Below are positions 25,682 through 35,152 of a DNA stretch of 64,000 nucleotides, one piece after another. The position numbers were made by a program, and so were the translations under genes. Source of the DNA: a virus (Duplodnaviria; Caudoviricetes); the IMG/VR virus record IMGVR_UViG_3300021082_000020, positions 30,959 through 94,958 of that record; one strand, 5' to 3'. The notes beneath the pieces are model-generated. The model worked only from the letters and a program-made list of their open reading frames with translations. It was not told the DNA's origin and made no database searches. Positions within the stretch are counted from its first letter, which is position 1, and every line of letters starts with the position of its first letter.

Positions 25682-27703
25682 TCAGCTCCCCGGCTGCGTC
25701 GGCGGCGTGAAATTGGCCGTCCACAGTGCGCGGCCTTTGTTGACCCGGAACTCATCGATGTAGCCGACGAACTTGTTGGCACCGTCATAATAGGCACCGA
25801 CGTAGAAGTATCCGCCAGTTGACGGGATGACTTTGTCCGTTATCGGTGTCGTCCCATCAGACACGCCGTTGATGTAGAACGTGATGCTGTTGTTACGGCA
25901 AACCACGGCGCAGTGCGTCCAGGCATTGAGTGGGATCGGCGTTGCCGTGGGATAGGCAACTTTGTTTACTGAACCTACCACAACATCAAACCGCAGCAGC
26001 CCCGCCGGGTTTATCCGCATGCTCCAACGGTCATTGTAGGTGTTGTTGGATTGATGATGCGCGGCGACAACGCCGTCGGCTGCCTGACGCGCAGACTGAA
26101 ACACCCAAAAGTCTATCGTCCAATCATAGCCGTCGAGCGTCCAATCGGCGCTTGGGTAGTAGGCGATATAGCATGTGCCGTCGAACAGCGCCGAGCGGCC
26201 GCCAAACTTGCTCTGCACCGCAGACGTTCCCATCACCCCTGCAGTGGGTGTCGGGAAGATGCGCCGGTATTGCGAATTGTCTCTTATGTCTGCATCGAAA
26301 TGCAGCAATAGGACCACCGGATCGGCGCCGTATTTGTACGGCGCATTCGGTGGCGTAAAGTTGGCGGTCCATAACGCCCTATCTTTGGTGATGCGTAATT
26401 CATCGATGTAGCCGTTGAATGGATAAGAAGTGCCGGCAAGCATGCCGACGTACAGCAGCGATGACACCACCGGCAGCACCGGAGTTGTCAGTGGCGGGCC
26501 GCCGACACCATCGACGTAGATCTTATTTATCCTACCGGCCCGCACGAACGCGATGTGATGCCAAGTGTTGATTGTAAGACCGGGCGCAGCGGCGTAGACG
26601 CTGTAATCACCCCCAGCAGCCGCCTGCCGTTGCAGCATGGTCATGTTGCCGTCACTGAGCAGCATCAGCAACCAGCCGTCGCCGGCCCAGTGCGTCGCAA
26701 GACACGCAGCTTGCCCTGCCGGCGGCCATGCCTGAATCCATATCCACATGTCGATGGTGTAATCATCGCCGATCGACCAGTCGGCATGATCAGGGTACGT
26801 TATGTAACTGTTGGTGCCGTTGAGGTACAACCCACGCGAACCGCCGAATGGCGTCGGTGTAATGTTAGTGGTGACTGCGCCGCCTGCGGCAGTCGCTGCG
26901 CCGCGCTTGTACTGCGATGCATCGCCGAGATTGTCGAAGTGCATCAACAGCTTTGTGTTTAGATCGGGGTCTGGCTTGTACAACACCAATGGTGATCCGG
27001 CAGAAGGCACCGAGAAGTTCGCGGTCCATCTGGCGATGCCGTTGCTGACGCGAAACTCATCGATGTGGCCGTAAAAGTAAGCGTAGCCGCCAGGATTGGG
27101 CCAGCAACCGACCATCGGGCCGTAAGTCGCATTGCTGAAAATGCCGTTGCCGCCGACCGCCTGGGTGCCTTGCAATATGCCGTTGCGAAAGGCGTAAAAC
27201 GTCGGGCCTTTGCGGACTAGTGCGCGGTGGCACCATGTATCGAACAGGCGACCGCCCATCGGCATCGAGGCGGCGAGGTTCCAGTTTGCCTGATCATTAG
27301 AGGCGTAAAAATAAGTGCCAGTGGCATCGCCCCAGCCAACCAACATAGGCGAATACACGATACCAAGCGTATCCCAGGTGAACGAGGGACGATAAACATC
27401 CTGCGCGCCTTGCGCGTACTCCCACCAGTCAATGGTGAAGTCACCGGAATATAGATTGAACGAGTTCTCCACGTTCACTGGCGAGTATGCATAAGCGTTA
27501 GCGGGGAACTGTGCGGACGCTTCGCCAGCGCCGCCGCCTATGCCAGTCGATGCAGGGAACGCCACATTGGAAGAAATAATCGGGCCGTTCTGTTTTGCCG
27601 AATAATCGATCGAACCGGCGGCATCGAAATGCGCGAGCCACGTCACATAGGCGTCGTTGTAGCGCGTGTCGTCGCCAGGATAATTGAAGCCCAGGCCGCT
27701 CAT
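25682..27703 (-). CDS. Triple LamG/concanavalin-A-like lectin domain protein
   Basis: Three repeats of L.HFD...TIDxW...WxH.A.V...G.IDE.R......WTANF. Confidence 0.85.
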   Translation of the reverse strand: MSGLGFNYPGDDTRYNDAYVTWLAHFDAAGSIDYSAKQNGPIISSNVAFPASTGIGGGAGEASAQFPANAYAYSPVNVENSFNLYSGDFTIDWWEYAQGAQDVYRPSFTWDTLGIVYSPMLVGWGDATGTYFYASNDQANWNLAASMPMGGRLFDTWCHRALVRKGPTFYAFRNGILQGTQAVGGNGIFSNATYGPMVGCWPNPGGYAYFYGHIDEFRVSNGIARWTANFSVPSAGSPLVLYKPDPDLNTKLLMHFDNLGDASQYKRGAATAAGGAVTTNITPTPFGGSRGLYLNGTNSYITYPDHADWSIGDDYTIDMWIWIQAWPPAGQAACLATHWAGDGWLLMLLSDGNMTMLQRQAAAGGDYSVYAAAPGLTINTWHHIAFVRAGRINKIYVDGVGGPPLTTPVLPVVSSLLYVGMLAGTSYPFNGYIDELRITKDRALWTANFTPPNAPYKYGADPVVLLLHFDADIRDNSQYRRIFPTPTAGVMGTSAVQSKFGGRSALFDGTCYIAYYPSADWTLDGYDWTIDFWVFQSARQAADGVVAAHHQSNNTYNDRWSMRINPAGLLRFDVVVGSVNKVAYPTATPIPLNAWTHCAVVCRNNSITFYINGVSDGTTPITDKVIPSTGGYFYVGAYYDGANKFVGYIDEFRVNKGRALWTANFTPPTQPGS

Positions 27704-29409
27704 GCGATGAGGCTCCCGCACAGTATCCAAGTATCAGTATTGATCTTCGACAACGTGCCACACGATCCCAGCTTTGGCAGCTTGCGCTTGCTGTCCTCCG
27801 AATAGATCGTAACACTGGCGGCGGGCGCTATCGTTGATGCGAACGGTGCCGCCACCGTGAGGTCGATTTGCGCGCCAATGGGGATCGGCACGGTGGCATT
27901 TGCTGGCACCGTAATGGTCGAGCCTATTTGTATCACCAGCAATTTGCCTGCGTCTGACAACACCAGCGTATAGGTTGGCGTAGCTATGTTATTGATTGGC
28001 CGCACACCGGCATCGACGTACTGCTTGGTGGCGGCACCAAGCGCCTGCGTTGGATCGCGGCGCAGATACATTTCCCCAGTAGCACGATCAAGTTGAAGTG
28101 CATTTGCCGCCCCAGATACGCCGTCGTCGTCGTAGCGCACCAATGTCAAACTAGATCCAGCGTTGCCGCCGCTTTCGGCATCGCCACCCAATCGCCACAG
28201 CCAGCGCCGCTTGCCGTTACGGTTAAATCGGACATCAGCAGTATTGCCGCCGAGAACATCATTAAGGATCAACAGCGGCGCTGTTTTATCAATTGTCAGA
28301 TCGCCGGTCATCGTGTCGCCAGCCCTGGCGACAGCATAAGACTTGGTGGCAACGCTGTTTGGCTGCGTCGGAGCTTGTGCGACGAGAACCTGTCCGCTTG
28401 CTCGATCTATCGTGAGCGGGGTGCCAAGCACAACGCCGTTGTTGTCGGCGCGGGTGATTGTAAAATTACAGCCGACATTGCCTGGACCTTCAGGAATGCC
28501 GTCACCTAAATTTATCGTCCAGCGCGTCTGGTAGTCTGACCAATCGATCTTTGTGCCGACACCGCCTTCGATGGAGCAGGGTACGTTGGCCCCCGGCGGG
28601 CTTAGCATGCTGAAGTACGGCGCAGGCGCGATAACATTCACACCTCCTTTGAAAAAAGACGAGCCGTCGCTGCCGATGCGCAGGCGCTCGGTGCCGTAGC
28701 TTGTTGAGCCGGTCTTGAAACACAGCGCCAACGGAACGCCCGCCCCCGCAACAGCATCGCCATCAACCGCAGCAAATATAGCGACAGACGTTTGGTAAGC
28801 TGATCCGTCGAAACCAGTGAACGCTATGCCACCAATCTCGCAACCGGGTGTCAGCGCTAGCGGTGCCGCCGCTGTTCCCTGCGCGTATTGGAAATACAGA
28901 CCTTCGGAGTAGAGATCGTCGTTGAAGTGATCGAATTGTCCGTAGGTCTGGTTGCCACCATAGTGACCGAGGATAAATCCCTGCGTGCCACCACCACCCG
29001 GCGGCGTCACATAAACAAAGCCGTCACTGCGATAAGAAAACGATCCGGCGATGATGTCGATGCCAAGCGGCCCAGTCAGCGTGCCGCCGGTCAGCGGCAG
29101 ATAATCGCCGCCGCCGCCGCCGGCGCCGCTGAACTCGGTCCACTGCGCGGCGTTGAACGGGCCGGGCGGCACCGCGGCGATCGCCACGTAAAGCTTGCCG
29201 GTTTCGACCACCATGTCATTGGCGAGATAGCTGGCCCGCGGGTCGAAATAGCGGATCGCAATCAACGGCAGCGGTGTGCCGACGCCGACAACGTTGGCGT
29301 CGCCGACCGCGAGCTGCCGATTGGCGGTGTTGACCGAAAGCTCGCCCGGCTCGAGCGTCGGAAACGGATTAGCCGGGTTGGCGCTGCGCCTGTGGCGGTA
29401 CTGTTTCAT
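27700..29409 (-). CDS. Tail fibre protein 1
   Basis: GGTLTGPL, GDTMTGDL, AATKQYVD; C-terminal YTL.LSDAG domain. Confidence 0.8.
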   Translation of the reverse strand: MKQYRHRRSANPANPFPTLEPGELSVNTANRQLAVGDANVVGVGTPLPLIAIRYFDPRASYLANDMVVETGKLYVAIAAVPPGPFNAAQWTEFSGAGGGGGDYLPLTGGTLTGPLGIDIIAGSFSYRSDGFVYVTPPGGGGTQGFILGHYGGNQTYGQFDHFNDDLYSEGLYFQYAQGTAAAPLALTPGCEIGGIAFTGFDGSAYQTSVAIFAAVDGDAVAGAGVPLALCFKTGSTSYGTERLRIGSDGSSFFKGGVNVIAPAPYFSMLSPPGANVPCSIEGGVGTKIDWSDYQTRWTINLGDGIPEGPGNVGCNFTITRADNNGVVLGTPLTIDRASGQVLVAQAPTQPNSVATKSYAVARAGDTMTGDLTIDKTAPLLILNDVLGGNTADVRFNRNGKRRWLWRLGGDAESGGNAGSSLTLVRYDDDGVSGAANALQLDRATGEMYLRRDPTQALGAATKQYVDAGVRPINNIATPTYTLVLSDAGKLLVIQIGSTITVPANATVPIPIGAQIDLTVAAPFASTIAPAASVTIYSEDSKRKLPKLGSCGTLSKINTDTWILCGSLIA

Positions 29410-29455
29410 TCATGACCCCCTCCTCAAGTCAGGGCCTGGTAAAACCTGGCAGTTT

Positions 29456-29848
29456 TTAGCGACGCCGGCCGCGGCTGGCCGCCGGATCGGTAAAAGTGAA
29501 ATCGATCGTGTTGCTGCGAAGCCCGCCAGTGCGAACGCCGACCGGACAAGCCGCCGGCACCGCAAACAGGCTCGGTTTGACGTTGGTGCGCACTTGCGTG
29601 TCGCTGAGCAGCGCCGTCGGCTCGTCGTTGCCGTTGAAAGTGATGATAGTCGCGTTGTTGAAGCCGGTGCCGTCGACAATGAGCTGCAAATCGGCATCGC
29701 CGCAGGCGGCGGTGTCGGGATTGAGACCGTCGACCGTTGGCGTCTCCATTTGTGCAATCACCGGCACGCTATCGGATCCGCCAACATTCAATTTGGCCGG
29801 TCCGGTAATGGTCATGACCTGCGTGTCGTCGATATGATAGATCGTCAT
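29456..29848 (-). CDS. IPT/TIG Ig-like domain protein
   Basis: P....L.P......L.V.GTGF.....I.FNG...V.VR......SN...F.F pattern. Confidence 0.7.
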   Translation of the reverse strand: MTIYHIDDTQVMTITGPAKLNVGGSDSVPVIAQMETPTVDGLNPDTAACGDADLQLIVDGTGFNNATIITFNGNDEPTALLSDTQVRTNVKPSLFAVPAACPVGVRTGGLRSNTIDFTFTDPAASRGRRR

Positions 29849-29862
29849 TTGCTCAATCTCCT

Positions 29863-30093
29863 CTAAAACGTGCCGCCGTCGAGCTGCACCCAATAACCGT
29901 CGATTCTGACATAAGCCTCGCCGTCGATCGGCGCTTCGCCGATCCCACCGCCGCCGCCGCCACCGGAAACGACCGAAAACGCCGATGGGATGCGTTTGTT
30001 GGCGCTGGACGGGCCGATGTTGTTGATGACATTGCCGCCGCCGACCGGATTGGCGGTCGGCATCCACAATGCGACGCGCAAATTCTGGCTCAT
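29863..30093 (-). CDS. Small virion-associated protein
   Basis: EAP.DG..YVR..G.W foldon-like motif and DGGTF end. Confidence 0.55.
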   Translation of the reverse strand: MSQNLRVALWMPTANPVGGGNVINNIGPSSANKRIPSAFSVVSGGGGGGGIGEAPIDGEAYVRIDGYWVQLDGGTF

Positions 30094-31502
30094 GGCGGTA
30101 GCACCACAGGAATATGCGGGCGAAACCAAACCGCCCAAAGCCGGCTGTCCGCCGGCGGGGCCGCGCTCATGGTCAGGATGTCGCCGGCCGCGGTGAAGTC
30201 GACCACCGGCTCTTGGATGATCCCATCCAGACTGACTTGCAACTGCGCGCCAGTGCCGACATTGACCGCAACCGCCGGCGGGCCGGTGGTCGGGTCGATG
30301 TAGGTCATGGTGAACGCGGTTTTAACGCCGTCGGGAATGAGCGGCTGCAGTTTGAAACAATCGACCTTGGCGGAATTGATCTGATCGGGCGGAATCATCA
30401 GATCCCACTGCACGATCGCGCCGGCACCAGGCGCCTCAACCAAAGTCATAGCGTCGGTGGTGGCATTGACGGTGTAGTCGACCGTCGGCACCAGGCGGAC
30501 GCCGTTTAGGTAAACGTCATGGCCTTCATTGGTGAACAGCGGCGCCAAACCGTTGCTATCAATGCCGCTGAAGGTCACCTGGCCGGCGGTCGCTACGTAA
30601 ACGTAGCGAGCTCGGAAACCTGGCGCGACAGTGACGCCCGGCGTCTGCCAGGTCTCGCCATTCCAGATCATCACCGAGTTTTTGGTGGTATCGTAGTAGA
30701 AACTGCCGATCGCAAGCGGATTGGGAACGCTTTCGCCGGTGTTAGGATTGGTGCTGCCGGGCAGCGGCGGCTCAGCCCACGGGCCGAGGTAATAAAAACT
30801 GAAATTGCCGACCAATTGCTGGCAATAAACCGCCCACCACTTGGCCGACCACAAACCGCCGACGCCGCCCATGCCGGAAACCGGCTGATAGAACAGTCCC
30901 TGCGGGAATTTCGAGGCGTTGATGAAATCCAGCGCGTGGCTGTTGTCGACAACTGGCCCGCCGAGGTATTCGGCCCAAGCCAGCGCCTCATCTTTGGCGG
31001 CAATGGCGTTGTCGGACTGAGCGTGTGAATAATTAGCGGAATTTTCCGACTGAATCGCCGCGGATTCGGCACGGTCGGCGGAATTTTCCGCGTCAGAGGC
31101 ACTATCCAGCGCGTTGACGTTGCCGTGGCTAATCGCCGTGAGCATTTGTGCCGCGGAAATGGCCGCGGCTTCGGCATCTTGGGCGCGCAAATCGGTTTCG
31201 CGGCCGCTTTGCACCACGATGCTGATCGCATCGGCGGTTTTATCAGCGGCGGCGACGACACGCTGCTCGATATTTTCGACTTCGCTGCGGATATGCTTGA
31301 GATCGAAGCTCAACTGCTCCTGGCTGATGCTGTTGTTGACTATTTTGCCGTCGTCGCGGCGGACATCAGCGAGAGCTTGCTGGGTGGACGCGATCGCTTC
31401 GATCAAATTGTGGATCTGCGCATCCAAGAGATCCGCGGTAATCTGGCCGCGCGGACGGTCGGAGAACAAAATTTGCTGCTTGGGCCGGACGATCGCTGGC
31501 AT
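30090..31502 (-). CDS. Tail-associated structural protein
   Basis: Ala-rich coiled coil, SAKWWA, two VYLNGV/V.LDG beta repeats. Confidence 0.65.
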   Translation of the reverse strand: MPAIVRPKQQILFSDRPRGQITADLLDAQIHNLIEAIASTQQALADVRRDDGKIVNNSISQEQLSFDLKHIRSEVENIEQRVVAAADKTADAISIVVQSGRETDLRAQDAEAAAISAAQMLTAISHGNVNALDSASDAENSADRAESAAIQSENSANYSHAQSDNAIAAKDEALAWAEYLGGPVVDNSHALDFINASKFPQGLFYQPVSGMGGVGGLWSAKWWAVYCQQLVGNFSFYYLGPWAEPPLPGSTNPNTGESVPNPLAIGSFYYDTTKNSVMIWNGETWQTPGVTVAPGFRARYVYVATAGQVTFSGIDSNGLAPLFTNEGHDVYLNGVRLVPTVDYTVNATTDAMTLVEAPGAGAIVQWDLMIPPDQINSAKVDCFKLQPLIPDGVKTAFTMTYIDPTTGPPAVAVNVGTGAQLQVSLDGIIQEPVVDFTAAGDILTMSAAPPADSRLWAVWFRPHIPVVLPP

Positions 31503-31562
31503 TTAAGCGTTTCCATCGTGCGGACGCCCATTTATCGCACAAAACCACGGAAAGGAAAGAAC

Positions 31563-32126
31563 ATGATCTCAGCCGAAGCGTTAGCCGCCCTGTCCGGCAT
31601 CGAAAACGGCGCGCACTACAACGCGCTGCACACAACCGCACGCGAGTTGATCGCCGCCGGCTACGCTTGCGACAACTGGGGGCAGCTCGATTTAACCGAG
31701 GCCGGGCGGATCTATCTGCGGCGCGGGCAGTTTAGGATTGCCATCACATCCGACGAGCAGGTCTGCGATTTGTCGGTACACATGATGGACGTGCCGAAGG
31801 TGCCGATCGATCGTCGACCGTCGAAGTTCTGGAAGAACCATGCCGCGGTCGACCTCGAGCAGCCACACCGCAGTCGCGGCGATTACGACACGATCGATCC
31901 AATGACGGCGCCGCACCGTGCGCGCAAAGCGGCCGAGCCGCTCGAGCTGGTCCCGGAAGCGCCGTCGCTTCCGCCGGTGCCGGCAGCAGAGCGACTGCCG
32001 GTGGCCGAGAGCCAACTGCAAAAGATGATGCGGGCTGCCGGCGTGGCGTCGGGCAAGACCGGCGTGTGGGTCAAAGACGAGTGGGTGGAGGAGTTCATCC
32101 GCGCGCTCGAGGGCGAAGACGAATAA
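31563..32126 (+). CDS. Hypothetical protein
   Basis: AAGGAAAG RBS before ATG at 31563; divergent from structural operon. Confidence 0.65.
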   Translation: MISAEALAALSGIENGAHYNALHTTARELIAAGYACDNWGQLDLTEAGRIYLRRGQFRIAITSDEQVCDLSVHMMDVPKVPIDRRPSKFWKNHAAVDLEQPHRSRGDYDTIDPMTAPHRARKAAEPLELVPEAPSLPPVPAAERLPVAESQLQKMMRAAGVASGKTGVWVKDEWVEEFIRALEGEDE

Positions 32127-32303
32127 GGGTGGCACAGACAGGGTATTTTTAGGAGCAGATCCACCCTTCAGAAATACCCTGTCGCGTGTGCGGTACGGCG
32201 CGTGTGGCACACAGACACGCTTCAATTCACGAAAAATTTGCCACGCAGCATTGCGGCTGCCGGCGCCCAGCCGACTCGGCCCCGCCAGGGGGCGGTACGA
32301 TGC

Positions 32304-32415
32304 TAAGCTATTGATAACACTACGCTTTTCACGATGAATAGGCTCGATCGCCGCGGCCGCGCATGGTAGCATCTGTTTTGTAAACAGATGGTATAGGCCA
32401 GGTAACCCATTGATT
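32304..32415 (-). promoter_or_regulatory. Two IHF-consensus sites (32304-32316, 32403-32415) in non-coding candidate packaging region
   Basis: Minus strand TATCAATAGCTTA and AATCAATGGGTTA match WATCAANNNNTTR. Confidence 0.55.
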
Positions 32416-32465
32416 TTGCTACGTTTGACCAGCTGCTTTGGGCGGGCTGGGATGCGTCTGGGATG

Positions 32466-32726
32466 CTATTTGCCCCATTCGGCGATCGCATTATCAAGCT
32501 CGGCCGCTGTCATGTCAGCGCCGCGGCGCCGCGCTAAGTCATTGGTTTCGTTATCAAAATACTGCAAAAGCGTCCGGCCAGCGCTGGCTTTTGCTGCAGC
32601 GCTAGCTTCCTGGTCTTTAAGCACGTTTAGCAGGGCTTCCTTAACGATCGATCGTAGAGAGGCTTGCGCCTTTGAATCTGTCACGGGCGTTTCGGCTATT
32701 GCGATTAAACGCGGTTTTACCGGCAT
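32466..32726 (-). CDS. Hypothetical protein, terminase small subunit candidate
   Basis: Helical 86 aa with DMTAAELD tail; adjacent to IHF sites. Confidence 0.4.
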   Translation of the reverse strand: MPVKPRLIAIAETPVTDSKAQASLRSIVKEALLNVLKDQEASAAAKASAGRTLLQYFDNETNDLARRRGADMTAAELDNAIAEWGK

Positions 32727-32973
32727 TGCGCTTTGCCTCTCTGATTCGCTTCGACGCTTGCATCATGTTGCCACCATGCCAGCGACAACACGGAACGCCC
32801 CGCATCGCTAGCTGGCCACACGGGCGCCCGCTATGGCGCGCGATCGCCACACACCGCATGCGATTCGCATAATTCGGCTGTATGGCGTGCTTTGCCATGG
32901 CCGCTCGCCATGCCGCGTTGCCCGATTGTGGGCGCCGTTTATTTTTCAAATTATTTGAATTTAGCACTTGCAT
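32641..32973 (-). CDS. HGGxSTG-like Cys/His zinc-binding protein (start uncertain)
   Basis: C.A..R.SG.PC...A......C..HGG motif. Confidence 0.65.
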   Translation of the reverse strand: MQVLNSNNLKNKRRPQSGNAAWRAAMAKHAIQPNYANRMRCVAIARHSGRPCGQLAMRGVPCCRWHGGNMMQASKRIREAKRNAGKTAFNRNSRNARDRFKGASLSTIDR

Positions 32974-32995
32974 TATGTCCCGATCGGGATATGTT
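32946..32995 (+). promoter_or_regulatory. Early promoter TTGCAT-16-TATGTT with palindromic spacer and upstream TCAA-N5-TTGA box
   Basis: TCCCGATCGGGA in spacer; TCAA-ATTAT-TTGA at 32946-32958. Confidence 0.55.
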
Positions 32996-33044
32996 GCGCA
33001 TACCGGATTTGGTCCGGCGCCAACGTAACAGAAACGGACATGAC

Positions 33045-33851
33045 ATGAAACATACAGCCGAAACAGTGATTTACAATTTAGATCGGATTGATCCGGCGAC
33101 GCGCGCCGCAATCCTGGCATCGCCCAAATATCTGAAATGGTTTTCACAAAAGCCCGACGCCATGTTGCGCCTTGATGGTTCAACGAAAGTAATCAAGGGA
33201 AACAAGCTTGGTTTCAAAACCGCTATTCTCTATCTGGCGCCCTATACCATGTCTGGCCAGAATATCTGCGCCAACGCAGAGCTCGCAAAATGCTTTGAAG
33301 CTTGCCTGAAATCGGCCGGCCGCGGCGCCATGAAAACTGTTGAAATGAGCCGATTGCGCAAGACTCTATTTTTCCTGCAATTCCGCAATGAGGCGATCGC
33401 TATGATCAAAGCGGAAGTTGCACTGTTTGAAAAACGCGCCGCAAAACAGGGTTTCGTTTTGTTAGTTCGCTTGAATGGAACGTCCGATTTGCGTTGGGAG
33501 AATTATGGAATCATCCAAGCTTTTCCGGACGTTCAATTTTACGATTACACGAAACTTTCTAACCGCAAAAACGTGCCGGCCAATTATGATTTGACGTTTA
33601 GCTATTCGGGCGTTCCTGATTTTCAGAAACAAGTCGATTTAGCTATTCGCGCCGGCATGCGATTGGCCGTGGTTTTCCGCAATCGCGGCATGGTCAATTC
33701 CATGCTCGCCAATAACGAAAGCTTCCACGGGCTCCCTGTGGTGGATGGCGATGATACAGACGTCCGGCACATTGACCCACAAGCTAGCGCAGTTGCGCTT
33801 TATGCCAAGGGCGCCGGCAAAAAAGACTATAGCGGATTCGTGGTGGGCTAA
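33045..33851 (+). CDS. GP88-family phage protein
   Basis: C-x7-C-x3-C, RLNGTSD..W, FYDYTK, NYDLTFS, GD..D.R motifs. Confidence 0.8.
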   Translation: MKHTAETVIYNLDRIDPATRAAILASPKYLKWFSQKPDAMLRLDGSTKVIKGNKLGFKTAILYLAPYTMSGQNICANAELAKCFEACLKSAGRGAMKTVEMSRLRKTLFFLQFRNEAIAMIKAEVALFEKRAAKQGFVLLVRLNGTSDLRWENYGIIQAFPDVQFYDYTKLSNRKNVPANYDLTFSYSGVPDFQKQVDLAIRAGMRLAVVFRNRGMVNSMLANNESFHGLPVVDGDDTDVRHIDPQASAVALYAKGAGKKDYSGFVVG

Positions 33852-33953
33852 ATGTTTAACATCAGCACGCGCCGCATAGGTGGAATCCGCTTTGTTAAAA
33901 TTGGCCGCTTTTGTTTCTCGTTTTGCTTAACGCGAGCTTACCGACCGCTTTGA
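33852..33953 (+). CDS. 33-aa basic peptide
   Basis: MFNISTRRIGGIRFVKIGRFCFSFCLTRAYRPL; fills the gap exactly between gp88 stop and repeat 1. Confidence 0.55.
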   Translation: MFNISTRRIGGIRFVKIGRFCFSFCLTRAYRPL

Positions 33954-34017
33954 TTGCAGTGCATGCCGCGGGCAATGCCCGCGGCATGAGCGGCGATCAT
34001 GCCGAAAACAGGAAAGG
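33949..34017 (+). repeat. Intergenic hairpin repeat 1 (stop codon - long stem - RBS)
   Basis: TTTGATTGCAGTGCATGCCGCG-N-CGCGGCATGAGCGGCGATCATGCCGAAAACAGGAAA shared with 34411-34485. Confidence 0.9.
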
Positions 34018-34024
34018 TTAGAAC

Positions 34025-34219
34025 ATGAAACCGACTAACGACCTATTCACGAAAACATATGAGCCGATCCGACCATTGCGCGCACCCGACAACGGCGTCG
34101 CGTATTGCTCGCCCGTTATCCTAACGCAACTATTGCGCGTCGATTATGGGCATATTGATTGGCCATCGCGGTCCTATTGGATTGTGCCAACCGCAACCCC
34201 AGACCGTACCGTTTACTAG
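34025..34219 (+). CDS. Small early hypothetical protein
   Basis: RBS supplied by repeat 1. Confidence 0.6.
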   Translation: MKPTNDLFTKTYEPIRPLRAPDNGVAYCSPVILTQLLRVDYGHIDWPSRSYWIVPTATPDRTVY

Positions 34220-34232
34220 GAAAGAATCGAAC

Positions 34233-34415
34233 ATGCGAAACCATACGAGCGTTTATGCAGTACTCCGCGGCGACCATGGCGGAGAATTAGACCGCCAGCG
34301 TATTGATACTCGATCGGACCAGGATCAAAGCGCAGTGATCGGCAACGCACTAATCCGCATGATCGGAGAGTGGACCATTAACCCGGGCGATAGCATCACA
34401 ATCGAAGAGGTTTGA
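34233..34415 (+). CDS. Small early hypothetical protein
   Basis: AGGAAAG RBS; stop lies within repeat 2. Confidence 0.6.
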   Translation: MRNHTSVYAVLRGDHGGELDRQRIDTRSDQDQSAVIGNALIRMIGEWTINPGDSITIEEV

Positions 34416-34485
34416 TTGCAGTGCATGCCGCGGCCGGATACCCGGCCGCGGCATGAGCGGCGATCATGCCGAAAACAGGAAAAGG
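34411..34485 (+). repeat. Intergenic hairpin repeat 2
   Basis: Arms identical to repeat 1; different but still paired apex. Confidence 0.9.
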
Positions 34486-34493
34486 AAAAGACC

Positions 34494-34793
34494 ATGTCTC
34501 TGTCCGCAGCAGGGCGCGAAGCCCTCAAGCTTGCCTATGCCAGCAAAGGAAAAAACCGCGGGCAGTTGCTCGCACGATGCCCGAAGTCAAACACGCTGGC
34601 CGCGGCCGCGTGGCAAGGCGCCATGATGGTATGCAACCCATACCAAGTCAGCATTGGCGCCATACTGTTCATGACCGCGGAGCAGCGCGAGCTATTCGAA
34701 CAGGTCAAAAACCATTTCGAAGCCCTGCCGCGGGAGTACCAGATCCTGGCGCAGCGCGATCGCGAAGCCCTCGAGCGATTGGGAGTATGGTGA
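34494..34793 (+). CDS. Early hypothetical protein
   Basis: RBS supplied by repeat 2. Confidence 0.7.
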   Translation: MSLSAAGREALKLAYASKGKNRGQLLARCPKSNTLAAAAWQGAMMVCNPYQVSIGAILFMTAEQRELFEQVKNHFEALPREYQILAQRDREALERLGVW

Positions 34794-35152
34794 TGCCAAA
34801 ATATAACAAAGCCGCAGTCGATCGCGCGATTGCAAACGCCGGCGCCAATGCGGACGAAGCCGGCAAAATCCACCGCCTGTTACGCGGCCGGCATGAGAAC
34901 CACAAAACGGAAGAAACGCGCCCAAAAAATACCAAACGGGGGCCACGTGGTAATGCCGCCATGTCTCGGGAACGATTCCTAGCCGGGCTCGCGGGGCTGG
35001 GCCACAACGTCAACACCGCCAACCAGCTATTGGGCATAGGCCGGTCGACCATCTACCGCATGGCTAGCGGCCAGGCAGTAGTCCCGCCGGTGATTGCCAG
35101 GCTCATGGACATGTACGAACGCTACGGGATCCCGAAGGAGCACCAATCATGA
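34793..35152 (+). CDS. HTH DNA-binding protein
   Basis: TANQLLGIGRSTIYRMASG helix-turn-helix. Confidence 0.65.
   Translation: MPKYNKAAVDRAIANAGANADEAGKIHRLLRGRHENHKTEETRPKNTKRGPRGNAAMSRERFLAGLAGLGHNVNTANQLLGIGRSTIYRMASGQAVVPPVIARLMDMYERYGIPKEHQS

Noticed and set aside
24387-29409. Diversity-generating retroelement acting on the fibres
   Set aside because: No reverse transcriptase and no template/variable repeat pair with adenine-specific differences seen
33949-34485. Repeats as a CRISPR array or integron attC sites
   Set aside because: Only two copies, ~460 bp apart; no cas or integron integrase; no GTTRRRY/RYYYAAC ends recognised
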